From Octopus vulgaris (lineage: Eukaryota): 64,000 nt of DNA. The DNA lies in NCBI GenBank assembly GCA_951406725.2, contig OX597820.1, positions 23,374,001 to 23,438,000 on the forward strand. The letters run 5' to 3'. Every line of letters begins with the position of its first letter. The first letter of the stretch is position 1. Below, piece after piece: positions 41,411 to 54,886 of the stretch. The translations under genes and the position numbers were made by a program. Below the pieces are notes generated by a model. That model was given only the letters and a program-made list of their open reading frames with translations. It was not told the DNA's origin and did no database searches.

Positions 41411-42020
41411 TTTAAGCTTGCAAGAAATGAAGCTAGTATGCTCTACTGGATGTGTAATGTCAGTGTGCATACATGACAGAGTGTAAGTACCTTGAGAGAA
41501 AAGTTGGACATAAGAAGCATCAGATGTGGTGTGCAAGAGAGACAACTGTGCTGGTATGGTCATGTGTGAAAAAGTGTTACACCTTAGCAGTAAAGGGAAC
41601 CTGTGGAAGAGGTAGACCCGGAAGACCTGGGATGAGGTGGTGAAGCATGACCTTCAAACGTTGGGCCTCAGGGAGGCAATGATGTGCAACCCAGACATTT
41701 GGAGATATGCTGTGCTTGAGAAGACCTGGCAAGCCAAGCAAGACCATAACCATGGCCTATGCCAGTTTAGCATAACTGGCCCATTTAAGAGTATCCTTCA
41801 ATCACTGGACAATAAACTGTGCTTGAGAAGACCTGTTGAGTCAAGTGAAATTATTATTGTGGTCGATGCCAGTACTGCCTGACTGGCACCCATGCTAGTG
41901 GCACATAAAAAGCACCATTTGAGCATAGCTAATGCCAGTGCCGCCTGACTGGTCCCATGTTGGTGGCATGTAAAAAAGCACCATTTGAGTGTGGCCGTTG
42001 CCAGTGTAATAAGAGACCAA
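41411..42020 (+). mobile_element. RTE-like LINE 3' coding remnant plus start of the 3' UTR
   Basis: Frameshifted LREKLDIRSIRCGVQERQLCWYGHV...GTCGRGRP.KTWDEVVKHDLQTLGL...WRYAVLEKT, followed by gtggcacataaaaagcacc subrepeats. Confidence 0.82.
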
Positions 42021-42066
42021 ACCCCAAACCACAAGCTTGCAAAGTAAACTTGTAAACCATAGAATC

Positions 42067-42098
<32 letters not shown>

Positions 42099-42818
42099 TG
42101 GGGTGGAGAGAAAGACTGTAAAAAGAATGAGAAAGACATGCAGCACCAACTTTCATATAAAATGCATTAGTTTACAATTCTTTTTTCTTTCCTTTGTTCA
42201 GTTTCATTTCAATTTTAATTCTGACGACACCAAAATCCAACAAAAGAAAAAAACAACAACCACATCCTTATTTAAAAACAACCACACCCTTATTTATATA
42301 TTTATGGGTTTTTGTTACATAAACTTTGTCTCTGGATTTAATAGGAGTTACTAAAAGTTAAAACTTCAAAAATTAGCAAAAGGAAAGTGTGTGTGAGGGG
42401 GAGAGAGAGAGAAAGAGAGAGTGGAAGATTTAGGTGTAAGAAACAGGATTGTTGTTGTTTTGCCCAAGGTGAAACCTGATCAAGCAGCTCAATGATCGAA
42501 TACATTCCAGCAAATGACCATTCTGTCTTTCTTCCAACATAACTGTCTTTATTAAAATAATTATTATTATTAGTTTTCTATTTGAAACTACAGTGTAGTT
42601 TGAGACTGATTTAGCTGCTACATCTAGCAGGTCAAGTGACCATGTAGAGGCTTTCTTGTTGTTGAAAGGGAAAAGGAGGATCAGTGAATGCATGTAGGTG
42701 CACAGTGGGAACAGCATGTTTTTCATGTATGAATGTTGCAAAGTTAGGGAGGAAAAGAGAGACCAGTTATCAAGTTCACTGAATTGGAACTTTAAAAGAT
42801 ATGCAATAATATAAATTA

Positions 42819-43322
42819 CTAGCAGTATCGCCCGGCGTTGCTCGGGTTTGTAAGGGAAATAACTATATAAGCATTTTTAGAGAGTTACTTCCCTTATAAA
42901 TGCCAATTCGGGCTTTCTTAGCCATTTCTGTTTTGATGTCTTCAAGCCATGAAGTCATTGTCCTAAAAGAACGCTGGTCTCCTTGACAACGCTTTACGAC
43001 GTTGATTTCCTTACACTCCCTTCCCCACAGCTTCACGAGGGAGGGAAGAAGCAAACAGGTGCGGGTGTGACCATGGACGCCAACTCCGCCGCCATCGACA
43101 CACGAAAAATTATGCATTAAAATGGAATAAAAAATGATGTTAAATTATTTTTAAAATCGTAGACTCATCGTAGACGCGTGCTAATACTCAGACGGGCTCG
43201 ATATGAATCACGACTATAAGATACCTGAATTTGGTTAAACTGCACCGCAAAATGTGGGAGTAGTTAGGAATCTAAATCGAAGGGGACAGACACTCACACA
43301 ACTACAGTTTTATATATATAGA
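42819..43322 (-). mobile_element. Complete non-autonomous Helitron, 504 bp
   Basis: Minus strand 5'-TCtatatatataaaactg...aacCCGAGCAACGCCGGGcgatactgCTAG-3' with a subterminal GC hairpin; inserted between A and T; no TSD. Confidence 0.85.
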
Positions 43323-44052
43323 TTAGGCTGTCAAGAAAGTTCTTGCGGAATTTTTAATTTTGGTTTTAAATGATGTATTTTCAAATTAATTTTCGTTAAA
43401 TTACTTTTTCGCTCTATCTAACTGTGTTACTCTTTTTCTTTTTGAATAATTAGGCCATTTTTTCCACAACGTTGAATACAACATGGACAAAAAGCAAATT
43501 CGCACAATTTTCTTATTCCAGTTCAAGCTAGGCCAAAAAGCTGCTGAAACAGCTCACCAATACCAATGATGCAGTTGGCCCAGGAACCACTAATGAACAT
43601 ACAGCACAATTGTGGTTCAAGAAATTTCATAGCTGTGACAAGAGTCTTGAAGATGTTAAGTATAGTGGTCAGCCATCGGATGTTGATAATGATCAACTAA
43701 GAGCCTTAGTCAAAGTCAATCCACGCACAACTGTTCAAGAGCTTGCTTCTGAATTAGACGTAATATATACGACAAATTTCTAACTGCTTGAAAGAAATTG
43801 GAAAAACAAAAATACTTCAGAAATGGGTGCCACAAGAATTGAATGGCAACCAAAAAAATGCCATTTTGAAGTGTCGTCTTCCCTTCTTTTATGCAACAAG
43901 AACGACCTATTTGCAATGAAAAGTGGAATCTTTAACACAACTGGCAACACTCAGCTCAGTGGCTGGACACCAACAAAGCTCCACGGTACTTCTTGAAGCC
44001 AAAGTTGCACCAAAAGAAGGTCTTGATGACTGTTTGGTGGTCCGCGGCCAAT
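43323..44052 (+). mobile_element. 3'-truncated Hsmar1/cecropia-like mariner with transposase pseudogene (ATG 43483)
   Basis: TIR ttaggctgtcaagaaagttcttgcg. Translation MDKKQIRTIFLFQFKLGQKAAETA..NDAVGPGTTNE...WFKKF..DKSLED..SGQPSDVDNDQLRALV...KWVPQEL...KPKLHQKKVLMTVWWSAA, with frameshifts. Confidence 0.92.
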
Positions 44053-44084
44053 ATTCACACACACATACACTTATACTCTCTCTC

Positions 44085-44296
44085 TTCTTTTAACTCTTTT
44101 ACTTGTTTCAGTCATTTGACTGTGGCCATGCTGGAGCACCACCTTTAGTCGAGCAAATCGACCCCAGGACTTATTCTTTGGAAGCCTAGTACTTATTCTA
44201 TCAGTCTCTTTTGCTGAACCGCTAAGTTACGGGGACGTAAACACACCAGCATCAGTTGTCAACCGATGTTGGGAGGGGACAAACACAGACACACAA

Positions 44297-44328
<32 letters not shown>

Positions 44329-44329
44329 T

Positions 44330-44360
<31 letters not shown>

Positions 44361-44524
44361 GACAGGCTTCTTTCAGTTTCCATCTACCAAATCCACTCAC
44401 AAGGCTTTGGTCGGCCCGAAGCTATAGTAGAAGACACTTGCCCAAGGTGCCACGCAGTGGGTCTTAACTCAAAATCATGTGGTTGGTAAGCAAGCTACTT
44501 ACTACACAGCCACACCTATGCCTA
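44085..44524 (-). mobile_element. CORE/OR-like SINE, near full length
   Basis: Reverse-complement family match; lies just after the point where the mariner breaks off. Confidence 0.85.
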
Positions 44525-45058
44525 TATATTCATACACACACACACATATATTCACACACACATACATACATATATACACACACACACACACACATGCACG
44601 GCTGCATGGTTAAAGAAGATTACTTTCCAATCACATGGTTTGATTTTATCTTTTGTTATTGATCATATATATATATAGTATACTGTTTCGTTAAGCCTAG
44701 TACTTGTTCTAAGTTACGGGGATGTATACACACCAACATCGGTTGTCAAGCGATGGTGATGGGGGGACAATCACAGACACAAAGATCCACACACATAAAT
44801 ATATATCTAAAATCTATAAGATTGAAGTTTTCTATATGAATGTGTATTTGTGCGTGTACAAAAATTTAATGTAGCTTAATAAATTCTACATCTTTCATCC
44901 AATTTCTTTAAAATTTTATACACAGCTGCTCCATATCCCAGACCCGAACATAGGCTACTTAGAATTTTTTTAAAATCAATATTGGGGCCTCTAGAGCAAT
45001 TAGAAACCAACAATAGATGATCCTATTCATTTGCATTAATCAGCTGTTTTATAATCTG

Positions 45059-45406
45059 TAGGGTCTTCCATACATACTTTTTAAAATTTCTTTATAAAAG
45101 TGAAATGATTTTGTCTATTTATTTCCAGTGTTCACCAGCGATGGTGATTAAACTGACTAGGATCACTGTACACACACATTTCTACAATTCTCAACCAATT
45201 TTCAAACTTTACACACATTACTTATGTCCTATGGATGGTCATGCACTAACATTTTGCCCAGAGCTCACACACAAATGGACATCGTTTTTTTGTATGTAGG
45301 GTCTTCCATACTTTTTAAATCTTTTTATTAAAGTCAAAGGATTATGTCTATTTATATCAACTGTCAACCTGCCACGGTGAATGAATTGACTAGGAACACT
45401 GTACAT
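45059..45406. repeat. Diverged ~110-bp direct repeat (45059-45173 and 45296-45406) inside a Helitron-like segment starting near 44805
   Basis: gtagggtcttccatac..tttttaaa..tgtctattta..tgactagga.cactgtaca occurs twice. Confidence 0.7.
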
Positions 45407-46892
45407 CAGGCGTCACCAAACGTTTTCATAGCAGGCCAGATACAGCTAAAAGAATGCCAAGTGCGGGCCAGATAAATATTTTGTTCAACTCAGTACAATA
45501 TAGAATACACTGAATGTACACAAAAAATAAAGACAGTCATCCTATTTATTTATCAATACATAAAATACACAAAATTATCATCATCATTTATCGTTTAACG
45601 TCCGCTTTCTATGCTAGCATGGGTTGGACGATTTGACTGAGGTCTGGCGAACCAGATGGCTGCACCAGACTCCAATATGATGTGGCGGAGTTTCTACAGC
45701 TGGATGACCTTCCTAACGCCAACCACTCCAAGAGTGTAGTGGGTGCTTTTACATGCCACCAGCACGAGGGCTAGTCAGGCAGTACTGGCAACGGCCATGC
45801 TCAAATGGTGCTTTTTATGCACCACCTGCACAGGAGCCAGTCCAGCAGCACTGGCAATGACCTCACTCGAATGTTTTTTCACATGCCACCAGCACAAGTG
45901 CCATTAAAGCGACGCAGGTAACAATCATGCTTGATTGGTGTTTTTTTACGTGTCACCGGCATGGAGGCCAGCTAGTTGCTCTGGCAAAGATCACGGTTGT
46001 ATGGTACTCTTAGCACTCCACTAGCACAGATACCAGTCATCGAATTTGTTTTCGATTTTACTTGCATCAACAGGTCTTCGCAAGCAGAGTTTAGTGTCCA
46101 ATGAAGAAAAGGTACGCATAAGTGTGCTGGTTACAACCTTGGTATAGGCCACAAGGTTATGGTCTCAAAATAATAAAAACAATAAACATATTTTAATAAT
46201 ACCAGAATATTACCAAGTTAGAATTTTTAGAAAAAGTGCGCACATAGCTGAATTGCATAAAAAGTAAGCAGCACAAAAGTTAATGAGAATTGTGAAACTG
46301 GCGTTTTGCTTTCAAAATATCATCAACATTTGCTTTGATTGCTGCAGCGAACTATAAGAATTGCTTTCAAATGTTCATCAGTGAGCCTTGTTTGAGGTAT
46401 TGACTTCACACACTTCACTTTTGAAAAAGTTTGCTCACGAACATAAGTTGTTCCAAACACTGATGCTATACCCGAGGCAAATTTTTTCAATTTTGAAAAC
46501 TCATCAGCAGGCAAGCAGCAATAAAATTCAATGACTTTTCTTTCTCTGTGCTTCTCTTTCAATAAGGTATTAGCTTGCAAGTCAATAAGCTCCAGTTGTG
46601 GTTCAGTTGGCATGTTATCAAGATTGTAGCCAAAGGGATTCTCAAACAAAAGAATTTCATTCTCAATTCTGTCAAACTCTGAAAATCTTTGAGAAAAACG
46701 CTTATTTAAGACCTGAATAATTTTTTCCTGAAACTCGAGGTTGGTATGTTCCACATTTTCTCTGCAAAACTCTTGAAAACATTGAAAACGAGAGAAGTTT
46801 CCTCCTTCAAGTTGTGCTTCAAACTATGATAGCGCTCCCTGAAATGCTGTAATAGTTCTGTAGAAATCACAGACAAGGTTATTCTTTACTTG

Positions 46893-46894
<2 letters not shown>
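45407..46894 (-). mobile_element. hAT (Charlie/SPIN/GTF2IRD2-like) transposon 3' part with transposase C-terminus at 46323-46894
   Basis: TIR-like caggcgtcaccaaacgtttt...gcgggcca at 45407. Translation QLELIDLQAN...FGTTYVREQTFSKVKCVKS..TRLTDEHLKAIL is the hAT dimerisation domain. In-frame stop at 46824; LINE UTR inserted at 45577-46165. Confidence 0.88.
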
Positions 46895-46934
<40 letters not shown>

Positions 46935-46954
46935 CATACATACATATATACATA

Positions 46955-47277
46955 TCATCCGTCCACAACAAAAATCTAAATCGCATCTCATAACAACAAT
47001 ATGGCACAATTATTTCACCTCAATTGGACCCGCTCTCTTCAACATTACACCAGGACACATCAAAACAGAAACTGACCACACAAAATTCAAGAAGTCTTTG
47101 GACAAATTCCTTCAAACAGTCCTGGACAAATCACCCACACCCGGATATGTCTCCGCAAACAATAACTCTCTGCTTGAATGGGCCTTGGTGCCCAGATCCT
47201 GAATTGAAAGACTTCGCCAGGTGGTGCTATTAAGTTAGACATGGCCTGGGCCAATACTGGCCAAAACCTTTCTAAGT
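46955..47277 (+). mobile_element. CR1/Jockey-group LINE 3' end
   Basis: Frame reads [60 protein letters not shown], typical of a post-RT C-terminus (GP.LFN.LP...FK..LD.FL). Confidence 0.7.
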
Positions 47278-47352
47278 TATATATACATATATATACAAAC
47301 ATATATATACACATATATATACAAACATATACATACACATATATATACAAAC

Positions 47353-47434
<82 letters not shown>

Positions 47435-47498
47435 ACATATATATATATACATATACACATATACATATATACATATACATATATACATATACATATAC

Positions 47499-47532
<34 letters not shown>

Positions 47533-48138
47533 ACATATATATACATACACATATATATATACATATATATACATACACATATATATATATATACATATAT
47601 ATATACATACACATATATATATATACATATATATATACATACACATATATATATATACATATATATATACATACACATATATATATATACATATATATAT
47701 ACATACACATATATATATACATACACATATATATATATACATATATATATACATACACATATATATATATACATATATATATACATACACATATATACAT
47801 ATATATATATACATACACATATATACATATATATATATACATACACATATATACATATATATATATACATACACATATATACATATATATATATACATAC
47901 ACATATATACATATATATATATACATACACATATATACATATATACATACACATATATACATATATATATATACATACACATATATACATATATACATAC
48001 ACATATATACATATATATATATACATACACATATATACATATATATATATACATACACATATATACATATATATATATACATACACACATATACATATAT
48101 ATATATACACACATATATATATATATATATATATACAT

Positions 48139-48172
<34 letters not shown>

Positions 48173-48371
48173 ACACACACATATACATATATACATACAC
48201 ATATATACATACACATATATACATACATATATACATATATATATATATACATACACATATATACATATATATATATACATACACACATATATATATATAT
48301 AATACACACATATATATATATATATACACATATATATATATACACACATATATACATATATATACATACAC

Positions 48372-48402
<31 letters not shown>

Positions 48403-48759
48403 CATACACACATATATACACACACATATATATATATACATACACACATATATATATACATACACATATATATATACATACACATATATATATATATACA
48501 TACACACATATATATATATATACATACACATATATATATATACATACACACATATATATATATACATACACACATATATATATACATACATATATATATA
48601 CATACACATATATATATATATATATACATACACATATATACATATATATATACATACACATATATACATATATATATACATACACACATATATATATATA
48701 TACATACACATATATATATATATATATACATACACACATATACATATATATATACACAC

Positions 48760-48802
<43 letters not shown>

Positions 48803-49030
48803 CACATATATATATATATATACATACACATATATACATATATATATACATACACACATATATATATATATACATACACATATATATATATATATATACA
48901 TCATATATATATATATATATACATACACATATATACATATATATATACATACACATATATACATATATATACATATATATATATACATATATATATACAT
49001 ACACATATATACATATATATATACATACAC

Positions 49031-49080
<50 letters not shown>

Positions 49081-49192
49081 CACATATATACATATATATA
49101 CACATATATATACATATATACATATATATATACATACACATATATATATACATATATATATACATACACATATATATATATATATACATACA

Positions 49193-49232
<40 letters not shown>

Positions 49233-50130
49233 CATATATATATACATATATATACACATATATACATATATATATACATACATATAACATATATATACAT
49301 ATATATATACATAACATATATACATATATATACACATATATATATATACATATATATACACACATATATATATACATATATATACACACACATATATACA
49401 TATATATACACACACATATATACATATATATACACACACATATATACATATATATACACACATATATATACATATATATACACATATATATATACATATA
49501 TATACACATATATATATACATATATATACACATATATATACATATATATACACATATATATATACATATATATACACATATATATACATATATATACACA
49601 TATATATATACATATATATACACATATATATACACATATATATATACATATATATACACATATATATATACATATATATACACATATATATATACATATA
49701 TATACACATATATATATACATATATATACACATATATATATACATATATATACACATATATATATACATATATATACACATATATATATACATATATATA
49801 CACATATATATATACATATATATACACATATATATATACATATATATACACATATATATATACATATATATACACATATATATACATATATATATACATA
49901 TATATACACATATATATACACATATATATACACATATATATACAAACACATGTATATATAAATTAACACGTATACATATAAATACACACATGTATACATA
50001 TATACATATGAATATATATACATATACACACATGTATACATATGCATGTAATAAATATACATACATATGTGCAGATGTATATATATATATATATATGCAC
50101 AATATACATTTATGTATGCATGTATATATG
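47278..50130. repeat. ~2.85 kb compound TA/CA microsatellite with higher-order units
   Basis: Almost only T, A and C on the + strand; source of the spurious 344-1026 aa Y/I/V/C/M ORFs. Confidence 0.97.
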
Positions 50131-51051
50131 TGAGATATATGTGACATAATAGTTTCACTTTTGACACGTAATACTGAAATAGTGTAAGAGATAAGAGATT
50201 ACTCCCAGCTCACATTTGGCAAGAAGTTAAAAATTTTTTTGGTACATGACACTGCAAGATATGTGTAAAATTTGATTTAAATAGGTTGGGTAGTTCTCAA
50301 GTTTTAGGGATTCACAGAGACAGTCACACACATTCTCAGTTTTATATATTAAGATATAAAAATAACTGTGTGTGTGTGTGTGTAAGTGCATTATATATAC
50401 CTCCCAAAATATAAAAAAGGACATCCATATCATGAAAATCAGCAAGCATGACTTAGTTTCCAAATTTATATACATATATTTAAATACCCTACAATAAAAA
50501 TAAAGCAAGCATGGCTGAATTTCTGAAGTTTAGAATGAAAGTGCTGATATTCGTAAGAATAATACACAGTGTGTGTGTTTATTTTTGTCCATACAATGAA
50601 AACCATATCCTGTTCTCCCAAAGTGTTTACTCATAGGTCAATAATATAATGAGGTGTTAGTATGTTCATTTTCTCCTCTCCCAATTTTGTTTTCACTAAT
50701 ATACAATCGTATTTGTATCTTACCTCTATAAAACCCTTATAATTGTTTAACCCCTGGTTAATTCTGATTACTAGATTTATGATGAAGGACACTCCAGGTA
50801 TGACCATATAGTCATTTTCCTTTAGGTGCAGTGTATTTTGGACCACATTATCTAATATGTGGTTTTAGTTGCACCTACTTTATGAAGTTGACAATGTATG
50901 GCATGAGGGAGATTTGACTGCTGTTTGAAGCAGCTTGAACAACTATGTAAAGAATTCCTCTTGTTAAAATGCTAGGTTTGAAATACTGGATTCCATTTTC
51001 TATAGGAACTAGAGAGCGTTTATACTGATGAAGGTACAGGCTGCAGATAGA

Positions 51052-51331
51052 GGTTGGTTGTGGAGTCGAAACAAGAAACTGACTCAGATTCCTCTACCAT
51101 TGGCACCTCCAACTCCTCTTTATGTAATTAAGTGATTGTGGTCTGCATATCTCATAAAGCATATGCATACTCTTGTACTTTGAGTAGGCCTATATGTCAT
51201 AACTGGTTTATATTAAAGAATAAAGATATTGTGAGTCGGAGTCAGAGTTAATATAGTTTTACTGACTCCTACTGCAGTTAGCCCTTAATAGTTTCCGACT
51301 CCAACTCTTTGACTCCGAATCCACAGCCCTG
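51052..51331. mobile_element. MITE with GGAGTC/GACTCC subterminal motifs
   Basis: ggttgtggagtcg at the left end and gactccgaatccacagccctg at the right; internal gagtcggagtc. Confidence 0.5.
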
Positions 51332-51587
51332 GTGCTTAAGGAGTTCCATTTGCAACCATCTGATTCTGGGTTTGATTCCACAGAGCAATCAGGGAGACCC
51401 ATACCTTGTTAGTGGAATTCAGCAGACAGAAATTGTGCAGAAGTCCATTATATATCTTTTATCTTATACTAGTTTCAATCAAATGATTCAAACCCAGTAC
51501 ATATTCTATCAGTCTGTTTTGCTGAACTGCTTAAGTTATGGGGGAGGGGGACGTAAACACACCAACACTGGTTGTCAAATGGTGGAT

Positions 51588-51618
<31 letters not shown>

Positions 51619-54480
51619 TAAGTATAACAAAAGGAAATATATATATCAGTGGTGTAGACAATCTTTAATTCAAATCCAAGTTGGTACAAATCCAACATAC
51701 ATTCTAAAAAATTGTTTCAGAGTCTAATTCCAGAGACAAAAATGAAAAACTCTTCTTGAAATATATATATATATATATATATATATACACGACAGGCTTC
51801 TCTCAGGTTCTGTCCACCAAATCCACTCACAAGGCTTTGGTTGGCCCAAGATGTCATGCAGAGTGACTGAACCCAGAACTTTGTAGTTGGGAAGCAAGCT
51901 TCTTACCACACAGCCACACCTTTATATAAAGTTGTAATAATGCAGTCAGACCAAATAGTGATATTTTGAAATCATTTAATATGTATGTTTCAGCTCTACA
52001 TAATAGGAAATGCATCTAATTCGCAAGATCTTCGTCAGTTAAAACATTTCAAAAATATGAACCAGTAGATGGAAATTTTTCAATATATATGGTCAGAGCA
52101 GAATCTTTCAGTGTAAGTATGTTTTTTACAGATACACCAAGATAATGCTTTCCATTGTTTAAACTTCACTGGATGTGCATATTGTTTATTCATCCAAGGG
52201 GAGTCTAATCATTTCATATTGCACTAAGATGTAGAACACGGTACCAGAATTTTCAACAAGTCAAATTCAAGAACTGCCATTAAGTTATAAAGCTATAATA
52301 TTGAAGTCAAATGTGTGTGTGTGTGTGTGTGGGGGGTACATACATACATTCTTTTATTCTTATTTGTTTCAGTGATTTGACTGCAGCCATACTAGATCAC
52401 CGCCTTAAAGGGTTTTAGTCAAAGAAATCAATCCTAAGACTTATTCTTTGTAAGCCAAGTACTTATTCTATTGGTCTCTTTTGCCAGACTGCTAAGTTAT
52501 GGGGACTAACTCACCAGCATCAATTGTTAAGCGATGGCGGAGGGGGGAAAACATACACAGACACACACACACATGACAGGCTTCTTTCAGTTTCCATCTA
52601 CCAAATCCACTCGCAATGAATCTTTTTCGCAAAATTTGCACATACATCCAACATGATCCCAAAACACTAAGATGTGAACTCTCATTATCTATAACTGTTC
52701 ACTATCAATTCCTCTACAACTTTAATGTAATCACCAGGAAGTATGACAAAAGACATGTATCATGCACAGCAAAAGACACCCCCCTCCACAGTTTATTTCT
52801 GCTGTGTATAGGCAACCACTAAACCTACTGAAAATACTGCCATAGTCCATAGCTGGCAAAGATCTCATACAGTGTGGACAGCTAGCTACAATATGAACTG
52901 CAATCACAACTCTTAATCAAGAAATTCTTCAGAAAACCAACTGTAGCATTTAACAACTGGAACAGTATGTCCACCAAAATGAATTATTCTTGGTTCCAAA
53001 TAATAATAAAACTGTCTTATACAAAGATCAAACACTTGGTGATCCCTGATATGGAAGAATACATTCAGCAGAATTAGCAAAACTTTTTTGAATGAACCAA
53101 ACTTTAGAAAAGCACCAAATTCCAATGTATGCTTTGGCATCGTTACGAAGGGGCTGGATACCTTTCCTAATGAAACTTATAATAATATTTTGATTTTGTA
53201 CCAAGGGAAATGTTTTCATTCCACATATTTTCCATCATACCATGCAATGTGCTATTTCAGTTTTAGCTCTTCCTATTTCTAGTGACACTAACTTTTTCTT
53301 TGATCAACAAGTCTCATGAGTGAGACCTCAAGGTTGCTGACACAGAACCAACAAAAATATGTTTCTCTCATGGTTAGCTCTATCCTGCATGCTCACATGA
53401 TAAAGGAAGACAGGTATCTTTTCACCAGAGAACAAACCACAGAAAGAGAAATGCTGTCTTCAAGAGAACTCTTGAATAAAATACACCACTATTACAAATG
53501 CCTTTACTTTATATATTGCATATCAATTTAGTATTATACATATATATGACATAAAGACATCATTTATTAAGGACTCAAAACTAAAATTATCAATAAACAC
53601 AGCTGCAAAAGCACATCATAGAAACCTAGAAGATTCATATCTACTTTACAATAAAAAATATATATCAATAGAGTTATGTACGAAAAAGAATTGCATTAAA
53701 ACACAAGTCAGTTTAACTAAAAAATATTTCTACATATTTGATGCTTGGACAACGCCGGGTGCTTTCATGATGTGTGTGTGTGTGATGGGTGTATATATGT
53801 ATACGCATATTACATGTTATATGTAATACATGCACTCCATTTCTACATAACGGTCGACAAGTAGTTATATTCATTATTTATATAATAAATATTCACTTAT
53901 GCAGTAGTAGCCACTAGTTGTTGTGCCTCTCCAGGTTATCCTTATAATGTAAAGACATTCCAATCGTGACCATCGCGTCTTATTTTCGCATTTAGTGTAA
54001 TTAGTTATCTCGAATCAGATTACTGTATTTTCAAGTTTTAGGACTGCAAGCTGTGTTCTTCGCTAAATTTGGCTACTATTTCTAGCAGTTCAAGGAAGCC
54101 TTTACGCGGGTGATAATTGATCTGCTAGGAACAGTGGCCAACTCTTCAACACTTTGGTTTCAAGACAATATAGTCCTCAGATAGCCCGTGACTAAGAAAA
54201 AATGACGAAAGGGCAACTGAAATGTCTGATCAATAAGGGAGTTAAATAACAATAAATGTGGGGGTTGTTTTGTGGAGTAAGGTACACTTAAAAATCAAGT
54301 CAGCACTGAGACAGGGCATACCGACACAAGTGCCACCCCGAATTTGTTTCCTCATATTTTTTAAGGAATAATGGATATTTGTTAATGAAATGTTCTACAA
54401 ATATCTCTCAGATGGTGTAGATAACGATTATATCGTAATTTAGCGTGTCGGTGGGTGGGGAGAATTGGTGAAAAGTATTT

Positions 54481-54886
54481 ACTCTTTACTCTTTTACTTG
54501 TTTCAGTCATTTGACTGCGGCCATGCTGGAGCACCGCCTTTAGTCGAGCAACTCGACCCCGGGACTTATTCTTTTTGTAAGCCCAGTACTTATTCTATCG
54601 GTCTCTTTTGCCGAACCGCTAAGTGACGGGGACGTAAACACACCAGCATCGGTTGTCAAGCAATGCTAGAGGGACAAACACAGACACACAAACATACACA
54701 CATATATATATATACATATATACGACAGGCTTCTTTCAGTTTCCGTCTACCAAATCCACTCACAAGGCTTTGGTCGGCCCGAGTCTATAGTAGAAGACAC
54801 TTGCCCAAGGTGCCACGCAGTGGGACTGAACCCGTAACAATGTGGTTGGTTAGCAAGCTACTTACCACACAGCCACTCCTGCGCCT
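54481..54886 (-). mobile_element. CORE/OR-like SINE with CpGs intact, nested in a MITE (54340-55090)
   Basis: Most CpG-rich family copy; flanks match the ctcataactttc..gaaaatgg family also seen at 60690-61460. Confidence 0.88.

Noticed and set aside
47087-50167. 1026, 956, 535, 353 and 344 aa ORFs
   Set aside because: Translations of TA/CA microsatellite that lacks stop codons by composition; the same applies to ORFs at 6400 and 34204-34688.
50722-50790. LNNY followed by a gtaaga donor, resembling RRM1 LNNYEIR
   Set aside because: Flanking residues do not match the family; likely chance.
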